From NCBI GenBank assembly GCA_964601155.1, contig CAZRMO010000003.1, positions 21,066-85,065 of the forward strand: DNA of 64,000 nt, in the 5' to 3' direction. Position 1 is the first letter of the stretch. The number at the start of each line of letters is the position of its first letter. Under the pieces are notes generated by a model. The model was not told the DNA's origin, made no database searches, and saw only the letters and a program-made list of their open reading frames with translations. The position numbers were made by a program, and so were the translations under genes. This stretch comes from an uncultured Enterobacteriaceae bacterium. Its GTDB lineage: Bacteria; Pseudomonadota; Gammaproteobacteria; Burkholderiales; SG8-39. This document shows, one piece after another, positions 46,179 to 55,200 of the stretch.

Positions 46179-47822
46179 TTGAATTCCCCACCTTTCATCC
46201 AGACCCAAGTCCTGATCATCGGCGGCGGCGCCACGGGCACGGCGCTGGCGCGAGACCTCGCCTTGCGCGGCGTCGACTGCATCCTTGTCGAAAAGAACGA
46301 CATCAACGCCGGCGCCTCGGGGCGCAATCATGGCCTGCTCCACAGCGGCGCCCGCTACGTCGCGGGCGACCCCCAGGTGGCGATCGAGTGCCGCGCCGAG
46401 GGCGCCATTCTCAAACGCATGGCGGCGCAGACGATCCAGGATACCGGCGGCTATTTCGTCGCGGTGCAGGGCGACGACGAACGTTATATCGCCGACTTCC
46501 CTTCGCTTTGCGCGCGCGCGGGAATCGCTGCGCGCGCAGTGGACCCCGCCGCGGCGCGCGCGCTGGAACCGGCGCTCTCGGAACGCACGATTGCGGTGTT
46601 CGAGGTGCCCGACGCATCGATCGACCCGTTCCGGCTCTCCCTGGAAACCATGGCTCATGCGCGCAGCCTGGGCGCGCGGCTGATGCGGCGCACCCAGGTC
46701 GTAGGCTTCGAGCGCGAGGGCCGGCGCATCCGCGCAGTGCGGCTTCGGTCACTGACTGGCGGCGAGGACCTGCGTATCGAGGCCGAGCAGGTCATCAATG
46801 CAGCGGGCGCCTGGGCGCCCGAAGTGGCCTTGCTCGCCGGAGCGCCGATCGAGATGACGTACTCCAAGGGAACGCTGCTGGTCACGCACACACGTCTGGC
46901 CGAGCGCGCGGTGACCCGCCTGCGGCCGCCGGCCGACGCCGACATCCTGATGCCGGCCGGCACGGTCTCCATCGTCGGCACGACGTCGACCCCCGTTAAT
47001 ACCTTGGACGACATCCAGCCGACGACGGCCGAAGCCGACCTGATCGTGGCAGAGGCCGCGCGCATGCTGCCGGCCTTGGCGACGATGCGCTACATCCGCG
47101 CTTTCGCGGGCGTGCGACCGCTCGTAGGTTCGGCGGGTCTTGCCGACGGCCGTGCCATTTCGCGCGGCTACGCCCTGTTCGACCACGAGGATCAGGGTCT
47201 GGACAATTTTGCGACGATCACCGGGGGCAAGCTCAGCACCTGCCGGCTAATGGCCGAACGCGCCGCGGACCTGCTGTGCCGGCGCCTCGGCGTGACGCGC
47301 CCCTGCGTCACGGCCACGATGCCCTTGCCTGTGGCTCCGGAATGCGAGTGGACCGAACCGGGACGTTCCCCGCGCGCGTGGATGCGTAGCCACGCGCGGG
47401 ACGATACGCTGCTGTGCGAGTGCGAGTTGGTTCCGGGCCGCGCCGTCGACGCCATCTACGACGCGCTGCGCGCGGCAGGCGACACGCCGACGCTGACGGA
47501 CATCGGCTTGCGCAGCCGCGTCGGCAAGGGCGCTTGCCAGGGGGCCTTCTGCGCGCCACGCACCGTGGCCCATCTCTACAACCGCGGCGACTTCCAGGCG
47601 CGTCGCGGCCTCGCCGAGATTGTCGATTTCTTCGATGAGCGCTGGCGCGGCCAGCGCGCGGTCCTGTGGGGCGAGCAACTCGCCCAGGCCGAGTTGATGG
47701 AAGCGCTGCATTGCGGCACTTTCGGGGAGGAACTGCGCGGAGAAGAGTTGCGCGATGCCCGCATGGACGACGCACCGCGCGCCGCGCCGAACGCGGACCC
47801 GGCGGGTAAGGCGTCGCGGTGA
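46179..47822 (+). CDS. glpA: Anaerobic glycerol-3-phosphate dehydrogenase subunit A
   Basis: 547 aa. FAD fold VLIIGGGATGTALARDLALRG, GASGRNHGLLHSGARY, C-terminal BFD-like [2Fe-2S] region CECE...C.GAFC. TTG start. Confidence 0.88.
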   Translation: MNSPPFIQTQVLIIGGGATGTALARDLALRGVDCILVEKNDINAGASGRNHGLLHSGARYVAGDPQVAIECRAEGAILKRMAAQTIQDTGGYFVAVQGDDERYIADFPSLCARAGIAARAVDPAAARALEPALSERTIAVFEVPDASIDPFRLSLETMAHARSLGARLMRRTQVVGFEREGRRIRAVRLRSLTGGEDLRIEAEQVINAAGAWAPEVALLAGAPIEMTYSKGTLLVTHTRLAERAVTRLRPPADADILMPAGTVSIVGTTSTPVNTLDDIQPTTAEADLIVAEAARMLPALATMRYIRAFAGVRPLVGSAGLADGRAISRGYALFDHEDQGLDNFATITGGKLSTCRLMAERAADLLCRRLGVTRPCVTATMPLPVAPECEWTEPGRSPRAWMRSHARDDTLLCECELVPGRAVDAIYDALRAAGDTPTLTDIGLRSRVGKGACQGAFCAPRTVAHLYNRGDFQARRGLAEIVDFFDERWRGQRAVLWGEQLAQAELMEALHCGTFGEELRGEELRDARMDDAPRAAPNADPAGKASR

Positions 47823-49123
47823 CGGGCGCAAGGCAGGAAAGCTGCGACCTTGCCGTGATCGGCGCCGGAATGGCAGGCATGGCGGCGGCCCTGTTCGCCG
47901 CGGAGCGTGGACTTTCGTGCATCCAAATCGGCAACAGCGGCGGCCTGCTGTTCGCGAGTGGCTTGCTCGACCTTCTGGGCGTACACCCGGTGGCCGAGGG
48001 GCGCCTGTGGCAATCGCCTTACGCAGGCCTCGAGGCGCTCGCCCGGGACGAGCCCGACCATCCTCTGGCGCGTGTCGACGCCGCCTCGATCCGCAACGCG
48101 CTCGAGACCTTCGTCGCGGCGCTCGGCAGTGCCGGGCTTGCATATGCGCCTCTGGCCGACCGGAATCGCAAGTTGCTCACGTCTATCGGGACGGTCAAGA
48201 CCACATTCGGCGTGCCGCGATCGATGGTCGCGGGCGACTATGCGCTGGAGGCACGGCCACCTTGCCTGTTGGCGGACTTCCGCGGACTGCGCGAGTTCAG
48301 CGCAGCGCAGATCGCAGCGACGCTGGGCGATCGCTGGCCCGGTCTGCGCCATCAGCAGATCGAGTTCCCCGGTCATGAAGCCGTGCCCGAACTCTATGCT
48401 GCGCACCTCGCGCGCGCCCTCGAAAGCGGAGAGACGTGCGGGCGGACAATCGCCCTGGTGAAGCCGCTGCTCGGCGACGCGCGCGTGGTCGGATTCCCGG
48501 CGGTCCTTGGCCTCGCGCGCGCGGGCGCGGTCCACGCCGCGTTCGAGGCTGCGCTCCGAATACCGGTGTTCGAGATTCCGACCATGCCGACGTCGGTGCC
48601 CGGGCTGCGCCTGCAGGGCGCGCTGGAAACGGCTGTGTCGGTCCGCGGCGTGCATCGGCGCCAGCAGGCAAGGGTGCGCGCTTTGTCTTTCGAAGCGGAC
48701 GGGGGCAGGGCCGTGCTCGAACTCGACGGTATTCCGGGCGGCGAGCGCGTGCTCGCCCGTGCGGTGGTGCTGGCCACGGGGCGATTCAGCGGCCGCGGCC
48801 TCACCGCCGATCGCGGCTGCGTCCGCGAGAGCATCCTCGGCCTGCCCGTGGCTCAGCCCAACTCGCGCGAGGCCTGGCACCAGCGCGACTTCCTCGACCC
48901 GGCGGGCCACGCGATAAACCGCGCCGGCCTGTCCATCGACGAGGTTTGGCGGCCCCTGGGCGCGAACGGAAAGCCGGTGTGGCCGCGGCTCTACGCCGTC
49001 GGCTCCATCCTCGCGCACCAGGATTGGATGCGCTCGAAGTGCGGCTCGGGCTTGTCCATCGCCACGGCCTGGGCGGCGGTGGACCAAGTGGCGCGCCAGC
49101 TCCGCGGCAATGGGACAGGGTAG
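47819..49123 (+). CDS. glpB: Anaerobic glycerol-3-phosphate dehydrogenase subunit B
   Basis: 434 aa. DLAVIGAGMAGMAAALFAAERG dinucleotide fold. GTGA overlap with the glpA stop. Confidence 0.8.
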   Translation: MTGARQESCDLAVIGAGMAGMAAALFAAERGLSCIQIGNSGGLLFASGLLDLLGVHPVAEGRLWQSPYAGLEALARDEPDHPLARVDAASIRNALETFVAALGSAGLAYAPLADRNRKLLTSIGTVKTTFGVPRSMVAGDYALEARPPCLLADFRGLREFSAAQIAATLGDRWPGLRHQQIEFPGHEAVPELYAAHLARALESGETCGRTIALVKPLLGDARVVGFPAVLGLARAGAVHAAFEAALRIPVFEIPTMPTSVPGLRLQGALETAVSVRGVHRRQQARVRALSFEADGGRAVLELDGIPGGERVLARAVVLATGRFSGRGLTADRGCVRESILGLPVAQPNSREAWHQRDFLDPAGHAINRAGLSIDEVWRPLGANGKPVWPRLYAVGSILAHQDWMRSKCGSGLSIATAWAAVDQVARQLRGNGTG

Positions 49124-49319
49124 CTAGTGTCCCGAGTCGCTAATTCGCTGAAGAAAAGACGCCGAGAATCGACGCCATACGGCGTTGCAAATGCTCGCAA
49201 GGTGTCCAACCTTGCTGCGCTTTGCGCCTTGTCTGGCGCCGATTTCGCCGCTTTTCCGCTTCAACCATTGTTTCGTCCTCAGGCAATTGTTCAACGAACT
49301 AGCGACTCGGGACACTAGC
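49123..49319. mobile_element. MITE-like non-autonomous element or long terminal-inverted-repeat structure
   Basis: Perfect 20-bp terminal inverted repeats: GCTAGTGTCCCGAGTCGCTA (49123-49142) and TAGCGACTCGGGACACTAGC (49300-49319). Imperfect pairing continues about 11 bp inward. No coding capacity. Fills the whole glpB-to-next-gene spacer. Confidence 0.6.
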
Positions 49320-49320
49320 C

Positions 49321-51045
49321 ATGTCGCCTGTGCTTTTCCAGACCGCCCTTTACATCTCGCTCGCGCTGTGCGGCCTGGGCCTCATCTGGCGCGCCTCGGC
49401 CTGGTTCAGGGTCCGGATCGGTACCGATGCGCGCGCTGTCACGTGGTCCGCGCGCATGGCTGCGCTGTTTCGCGGCACCACCTGGGTTTTGTTCAGCCGG
49501 CGCCTGTTCGCCGTGCTCGGCGCCTTCTTTCTCGATGTGCTGCTGCTGCGCAGGCTGTACACGCACGAGAAGCTGCGCTGGTTCGCACACCTGCTCATCG
49601 TGGTCGGCTTTATGCTGCTCCTGCTGCTGCACGCCCTCGCGCCGATCGTGAGCGCGAAGCTGTTTCCGGGCTACCAGCCCACGCTCGATCCCTACCTGTT
49701 TCTGCGCGATCTCTTCGGAGTGATGGTTCTGGCTGGCGCCGCTCTGCTGTTGCTCGGACGCCGGCCTGCCCGCAGGGACCTGGCGCAAACGCGCGATCGG
49801 TTCGGCGCGGCCTTCATGGCGCTCCTCGCGTTTGTTCTCGTCTCGGGATTCCTGCTCGAAGCCTGCAAGATCGCATCGCCGCACGCCTTCTACCGCATGA
49901 CGGACCAGTTCATGGGCACCACCGATCCCCAGAAACTCGCGCCGCTGCGCGCCCTCTGGGGGAGCGAGTTCGGGGTGGCGTTCGCCGACATGAAGCAGCC
50001 GATCGACCCGCTCCTGCTGGAGCAGGGGCGCAAACTGAACAGCGAATCCTGTGCGTCCTGTCACGCGAAGCCGGCGTCCGCTTTCGTCTCCTACCCGCTG
50101 GCACGGATGCTGGCGCCCGTGACCCGCCTTCTGGACGAAGGACATGCGGATGTCTGGCTACTCTATCTTCATGTGTTCGCCTGCTTCCTCGGCCTGGCGA
50201 GCCTGCCGTTCACCCGCTTCTTCCACGTGGTGGCAGCTCCGCTCAGCCTGCTCGTCGACGCCGCGTCGCAGGATCCGGCGTTCTCGACCCATACGTTTTC
50301 GACCGCGGGTCGCGCTATGCGGCGGGCGCTGGCGCTCGACGCCTGCGTGCGCTGCGGCATCTGCGATCTGCGCTGCTCGGTGGCCCCGCTGGCGCGCTAC
50401 CTGGGCAACCCGGGTCTGCTGCCCTCGCACAAGCTGCTCGCCACCGGCGCCCTGGCCGGCGGCCGGCTGCTGCGTGCTGGCCACGAAGACGAGGCGCTGC
50501 GGGCCGCCGACGGGGCCTTCCTCTGCACCGACTGCGGACGCTGCACCAGCCGCTGCCCGGTGGGTATCGATCTGGCGGACCTGTGGCAGGCCGGACGCGG
50601 CGATTTGGCCGCAGCAGGACTTCCGACGCCCGCACAGTGGGTGCAGGCAAATCCGGCGCTTGAATGGGCCGAGTTTCTGCAGGCAGATTCCGGACTGCAT
50701 ACGCTTGACGATCCGGATGCCTCCAGTGCACCGCTCTCGTCCGAGCGCAGCACGTTCTCCCGCTGCGTTCAGTGCCAGACCTGCACTAACGTTTGCCCGG
50801 TGGTGGCGCACAGCATCGACGCCGAGCACGGTATCGACCTTACGCCGCAGAAGGTGATGAACCTGCTGCGGCTTGGCCTGCGCGACCTTACGCTGGGTTC
50901 GCGCATGGTATGGGACTGCGCGACCTGCTACCAGTGCCAGGAGAGCTGCCCGGAAGGCATACGCGTGGCCGACATCATGTGCGAGCTGCGCGGCTTGGCG
51001 GTACAGCGGTTGGGCTCCGTTCGGAACTGGAAGGAGCACGCATGA
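49321..51045 (+). CDS. Membrane-anchored iron-sulfur protein: NarI/DsrM-like polytopic N-domain fused to a four-[4Fe-4S]-motif domain
   Basis: N-terminal region of about 330 aa with at least 5 hydrophobic helices carrying His (HLLIVVG, LLHAL, LHVFACF, FFHVV). C-terminal CVRCGICDLRC, CTDCGRCTSRCP, CVQCQTCTNVCP, CATCYQCQESCP. Confidence 0.75.
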   Translation: MSPVLFQTALYISLALCGLGLIWRASAWFRVRIGTDARAVTWSARMAALFRGTTWVLFSRRLFAVLGAFFLDVLLLRRLYTHEKLRWFAHLLIVVGFMLLLLLHALAPIVSAKLFPGYQPTLDPYLFLRDLFGVMVLAGAALLLLGRRPARRDLAQTRDRFGAAFMALLAFVLVSGFLLEACKIASPHAFYRMTDQFMGTTDPQKLAPLRALWGSEFGVAFADMKQPIDPLLLEQGRKLNSESCASCHAKPASAFVSYPLARMLAPVTRLLDEGHADVWLLYLHVFACFLGLASLPFTRFFHVVAAPLSLLVDAASQDPAFSTHTFSTAGRAMRRALALDACVRCGICDLRCSVAPLARYLGNPGLLPSHKLLATGALAGGRLLRAGHEDEALRAADGAFLCTDCGRCTSRCPVGIDLADLWQAGRGDLAAAGLPTPAQWVQANPALEWAEFLQADSGLHTLDDPDASSAPLSSERSTFSRCVQCQTCTNVCPVVAHSIDAEHGIDLTPQKVMNLLRLGLRDLTLGSRMVWDCATCYQCQESCPEGIRVADIMCELRGLAVQRLGSVRNWKEHA

Positions 51046-51848
51046 AATACGCGCTGTTCCTCGGCTGCAAGATCCCTGCACAGCTGCCGGCCTACGAGAC
51101 GTCCATGCGCGCCGTGCTCGGGCACCTCGGTGTCACCCTGATCGATCTGGAGTTCAACTGCTGCGGCTATCCGGCGCGGAATTACAGCCATGACGCCTTC
51201 GTGGTGGCAGCCGCCCATAACCTGGCCCTGGCGGAGCGCGCCGGCCTCGACCTGCTGACGCCCTGCAGTTGTTGCTTCGGCACCCTGCGGCACGCGATCC
51301 GGTTCCTGAACGAGGACGCGCAGCTGCGCGCGCGCGTTGCCCAGGCGCTGGCCGCCGAGGGCCTCGCCTGGTCGGGAAAGACCCAGGTCGAGCACTTGCT
51401 GCCGCTGTTGGCGCGTACGATCGGCGTTGACGCTCTTGCGGCCGCGGTGCGCATCCCGCACGCGGGGCTGCGTGTGGCCGCCCAATACGGCTGCCACGCG
51501 CTGCGCCCCAGCGACGTGAGCGGAATCGACAACGCGATGGCGCCGACGCTGTTCGAAACGCTGATCAGCTTGACCGGTGCGACCCCGGTCGACTGGCCAC
51601 GCCGGCTGGACTGCTGCGGTGATCCGCTGCACGAAGCGAACACCGCATTGTCCGAGCGTATGACGCAAGCGAAGATCGCCGATGCGCTCGAGTCCGGTGC
51701 CGAAGCCATCTGCTCGGCCTGCCCTCACTGCCAGCTGCGCTTCGACGCAGTCCAGGCGGAGAGCACTGACCCTTCGATTCGCACGCTGCTCTACACGCAG
51801 CTTCTCGGTCTGGCGATGGGCCTGCCCGCGAAATCCCTCGGGCTGTAG
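51042..51848 (+). CDS. CCG-domain protein (heterodisulfide reductase subunit B / GlpC C-terminal half-like)
   Basis: 268 aa. Two Cys-rich CCG motifs (FNCCGYP, LDCCGDP) plus CSCCFG and CPHCQ. ATGA overlap with the previous gene. Confidence 0.8.
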   Translation: MKYALFLGCKIPAQLPAYETSMRAVLGHLGVTLIDLEFNCCGYPARNYSHDAFVVAAAHNLALAERAGLDLLTPCSCCFGTLRHAIRFLNEDAQLRARVAQALAAEGLAWSGKTQVEHLLPLLARTIGVDALAAAVRIPHAGLRVAAQYGCHALRPSDVSGIDNAMAPTLFETLISLTGATPVDWPRRLDCCGDPLHEANTALSERMTQAKIADALESGAEAICSACPHCQLRFDAVQAESTDPSIRTLLYTQLLGLAMGLPAKSLGL

Positions 51849-52061
51849 CTTTCGGGAACGGCGCGTCATCGGCGCCGGACGGTCGCAGTAGGTGGGGTGT
51901 GCGAAATGCGGCGGTATTGAAATTCCCGTCTTTTCTTGATTTCCCTCAAGGGGCTCCTTTCGGGGTAGGTTAAAAAGACGATGTTGACCGAGTGGATGCT
52001 TCCGGCGGCCGGCGAGTATTCCCGCGCTCAGGGGCGGGCCAATGAATTAAGGGGGAACGCA

Positions 52062-53381
52062 ATGAAACGCAGATTAGGGCTGGTGATCGGACTGGCATGG
52101 GCGCTGGGCGTGTATCTCGTGCCGCAGTCCGCTCTCGCCGCTGGCAAGGTCGAGATTACCTGGTGGCATGCGATGAGCGGCAACAACGGCAAGGTGGTGG
52201 ACGCGATCGTGAAGGATTTCAACGCAGCGAATCCCAATATCGAGTTGAAAGCGCTGTATACCGGAAACTATCCGGAGACCATGACCAAATACATTACCGC
52301 GTATCGGGCCAAGACGGCCCCCAACCTGGTGCAGGCATACGAGGTCGGGACGCAGCAGATGCTCTCCAGCGGCGCGATCATCCCCGTATACCAGATACCC
52401 GGAATGGTCGGCGAAAAGTGGGACTGGGCCCAGTACGTGATACCGATCACGCACTATTACTCGACGGACGGAAACTTGTGGTCGATGCCGTTCAATTCGT
52501 CCACGGCGATGCTGTACTACAACAGGGATATGTTCGCCAAGGCGGGGCTCGATCCGAACAAACCGCCGACGAACTGGGACGAGTTGGAGGCCGACGGCAA
52601 GAAGCTGCTGGCAAGCGGCGCGGTAAAGCACGTGCTTTCCTTCGGCTGGCCGGGGTGGGTGTTTGAGCAGATGTTTACCAGCCACAACCAGCTCTTTGCC
52701 AATCATGAGAACGGGCGCAGCGGCCTTGCGACGAAGGTGAATTTCAACGACGCTTTCGGCAACATGGTGCTGAACACCTGGACCCGGCTGGCGAAGGAAA
52801 ACATATTCATCTATGGCGGGCCGGAATACTCGGCGAACTCCGCCTTCGAGTCCGGACAGATCGCGATGCTGATCCAGTCGACTTCCTCCCTGCGAGGGAT
52901 CGAGAAGGGTTCGCAATTCAAGGTCGGGACGACCTTCCTGCCGCGCTTCGAAGGCTATCCGCGCGGCAACTCGGTCATCGGCGGCGCGAGCCTGTGGGTG
53001 ACCAAGGGACAAAGCAAGGAGCAGCTGCGCGCGGTATGGACGTTCCTGAAGTACCTGGCGAAGCCCGAAGTAGCGCTTGCGTGGCACAAGGGGACCGGTT
53101 ACTTCCCGACGGTCAACGCCGCAGTGCAGGACCTTATGACCGAAGGCTGGTTCACCAAGGATCAGAACTACCTCACCGCCTTCCTGCAGGTGCTGTCCGG
53201 CCGGCGCGATACTGCGGCCGCCACCGGCGTGCGCATGGGTCCGTTCGTGCAGATCCGCGAGCTCGAGCGCACCGCGATCGAGAAATCCGTATCGGGCCAG
53301 CTCTCGCCCAAGGCCGCCCTGGATGAATCGGCGCGCAAGGCCGACCAACTGCTGGTAGATTTTGCGCAGATGAACCGATAG
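52062..53381 (+). CDS. ugpB: sn-Glycerol-3-phosphate ABC transporter substrate-binding protein
   Basis: Signal peptide. ITWWHAMSG..GK.V......FNA.NP.I.....Y.GNY, PFNSSTAMLYYN.D.F.KAGLDP..PP..W and IGGASLWV..G......W.FL.YLAKPE....WH..TGY.P align with E. coli UgpB as I recall it. Confidence 0.85.
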   Translation: MKRRLGLVIGLAWALGVYLVPQSALAAGKVEITWWHAMSGNNGKVVDAIVKDFNAANPNIELKALYTGNYPETMTKYITAYRAKTAPNLVQAYEVGTQQMLSSGAIIPVYQIPGMVGEKWDWAQYVIPITHYYSTDGNLWSMPFNSSTAMLYYNRDMFAKAGLDPNKPPTNWDELEADGKKLLASGAVKHVLSFGWPGWVFEQMFTSHNQLFANHENGRSGLATKVNFNDAFGNMVLNTWTRLAKENIFIYGGPEYSANSAFESGQIAMLIQSTSSLRGIEKGSQFKVGTTFLPRFEGYPRGNSVIGGASLWVTKGQSKEQLRAVWTFLKYLAKPEVALAWHKGTGYFPTVNAAVQDLMTEGWFTKDQNYLTAFLQVLSGRRDTAAATGVRMGPFVQIRELERTAIEKSVSGQLSPKAALDESARKADQLLVDFAQMNR

Positions 53382-53444
53382 AGATCCGTCTCGCGGGGAG
53401 GGGGCGTGCCTCCGTCCCCGCGAGGATGGCTCAAGCTGGCGTCT

Positions 53445-54350
53445 ATGGCAACCGTCGTTGAGGAGGAGCGCTTCCCGGGGCACCGTTTGCTTCCGTTCAT
53501 GCTGATCCTGCCGTCGCTCGCAGTGATCGGCGTCTTCCTGGTCGTACCGTTCCTGCAGAGCGTGCAGGGATCCTTTTACCAGACCACGGCCTTCGGTACG
53601 CACAGCGTATATGTCGGGCTGCGCAATTACTCCCGTCTGTTCGAGTCGTCCGAGTTCCGCAATAGCGCGTTTGCCACGCTGCTATTCGCCGCTTTCGTGA
53701 TGGTGATCGGGCTGAGCTTTTCGCTGGGTATCGCACACCTCCTGAACCAGAAGATCCGGGGTCGGGGCATGTATCAGATCGCGCTCATCTGGACCTATGC
53801 GCTCTCGCCCGCGGTGGCGGGGGCGATCTGGGCCCTGATGTTCGCGCCGTCGACCGGGATCGTGCCGTTTGTCGTCGCCAAGCTGTTCCATGGCTATTTC
53901 ATCAACTGGATGACCAACGGCTCGCTCGCGCTGTTCGTCGTATCAGCCGCCGCGACGTGGAAGATGCTCGGCTACAACATCGTGTTCTTTCTCGCCGGAT
54001 TGCAGAATATTCCCGAAGAGTTCATCGATGCTGCGCGGGTGGACGGCGCCAGCCCGTGGCGGACGTTCTGGGACATCACCTTCCCGATGCTGTCGCCGAC
54101 GACGACGTTCCTGCTGTTCGTTAACATGATCTACGCGTTCTTCCAGGTGTTCGGCCTGATCGACATCATGACGCACGGAGGGCCGGGGAACGCGACCAAC
54201 ATCCTCATCTACAAGCTGTACCGGGATGCGTTCCTCTACCTCGACTCCGGCACGGCCTCAGCCGAGTCGTGCATCGTTTTCGTCGTCATCGCGACGGCGT
54301 CGGTCATCCAGCTGCACTTCGCGACGCGCAAGGCGATCTATGCGCGCTAG
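53445..54350 (+). CDS. ugpA: sn-Glycerol-3-phosphate ABC transporter permease
   Basis: 6-TM MalF/UgpA-type permease with the EAA loop FIDAARVDGASPWRTFWDITFPML. Start ATG 53445 is preferred to 53406. Confidence 0.8.
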   Translation: MATVVEEERFPGHRLLPFMLILPSLAVIGVFLVVPFLQSVQGSFYQTTAFGTHSVYVGLRNYSRLFESSEFRNSAFATLLFAAFVMVIGLSFSLGIAHLLNQKIRGRGMYQIALIWTYALSPAVAGAIWALMFAPSTGIVPFVVAKLFHGYFINWMTNGSLALFVVSAAATWKMLGYNIVFFLAGLQNIPEEFIDAARVDGASPWRTFWDITFPMLSPTTTFLLFVNMIYAFFQVFGLIDIMTHGGPGNATNILIYKLYRDAFLYLDSGTASAESCIVFVVIATASVIQLHFATRKAIYAR

Positions 54351-54362
54351 GGAGCAATCGAA

Positions 54363-55190
54363 ATGACCCCACAACGCTGGAAGGCGGGCGCGACCCATGC
54401 CACCCTGATCGCACTGGTGGTGCTGCTCACCTTCCCAGTGGTCTATGCGCTGATCGTGAGCACGCTGAGTTTCCAGCAGGCCTACGAGTATCCCCCACGG
54501 CTGATTCCCGGCACCCAGCTGTGGCACAACGTGGTCGAGGCCTGGGACCGCGTGCACATGGGACGCCTGTTTTTCGTCACTTCCGTCATCTCGGTGGGCG
54601 CGGCGGTGGTGAAGATCATCCTGTCGCTCTTGGCGGCGTTCGCCTACACCCACTTCAGGTTTCGCGGCCGGGCGCTGCTGTTTCCGATGACCATGATCAC
54701 GCAGATGCTGCCGCTGCCGGTGCGGATCCTGCCGACCTACCAGATGATGGCGGACTTCCACTGGATCAACACGTATTCGGGGCTGATGTTTCCGTTTTTC
54801 GCCAGCACCACCGGGATCCTGCTGTTTCGCCAGTTCTTCCTGACCGTGCCGCGCGACATGACGGATGCGGCGCGCATGGACGGCGCGGGGCCGCTGCGCT
54901 ACTTCATCGACATTCTCGTCCCCCTCTCGCGTACCAACATCGCAGCGCTGTTCGTCATCGAGTTCATCTTCATGTGGAGCCAGTACCTGTGGCCCCTGAT
55001 CGTGACCAACACCGCGGAAATGCGGGTGGTGCAGATCGGGCTCAAGATGCTGATCGCCACGGATCAGATTTCCCCGGCGTGGAACGTGATCATGGCCGGC
55101 ACCATCGTCGCGATGCTTCCCCCGCTCGTTGTGCTGGTGGCGTTTCGCAAGAGCTTCACCGAGGGGATCGCGATGCAAACCGCGAAATAG
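54363..55190 (+). CDS. ugpE: sn-Glycerol-3-phosphate ABC transporter permease
   Basis: 275 aa MalG/UgpE-type permease. EAA loop DAARMDGAGPLRYFIDILVPL. Confidence 0.8.
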   Translation: MTPQRWKAGATHATLIALVVLLTFPVVYALIVSTLSFQQAYEYPPRLIPGTQLWHNVVEAWDRVHMGRLFFVTSVISVGAAVVKIILSLLAAFAYTHFRFRGRALLFPMTMITQMLPLPVRILPTYQMMADFHWINTYSGLMFPFFASTTGILLFRQFFLTVPRDMTDAARMDGAGPLRYFIDILVPLSRTNIAALFVIEFIFMWSQYLWPLIVTNTAEMRVVQIGLKMLIATDQISPAWNVIMAGTIVAMLPPLVVLVAFRKSFTEGIAMQTAK

Positions 55191-55200
55191 CGGGCGCGGT

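Noticed and set aside
49124-49318. Two mirror-image 63-codon ORFs (both MSRVA...SDSGH) on opposite strands
   Set aside because: Their similarity is a direct consequence of the terminal inverted repeats of the MITE-like element. There is no RBS and no protein family. They are treated as artefacts.
50040-50070. CASCH (CxxCH) in the membrane Fe-S protein as evidence for a covalently bound haem c
   Set aside because: It is a single occurrence in a Cys-rich redox protein. Topology (which side of the membrane) cannot be established by eye, and a chance CxxCH is plausible. It is mentioned only as a detail in the GlpAB finding.
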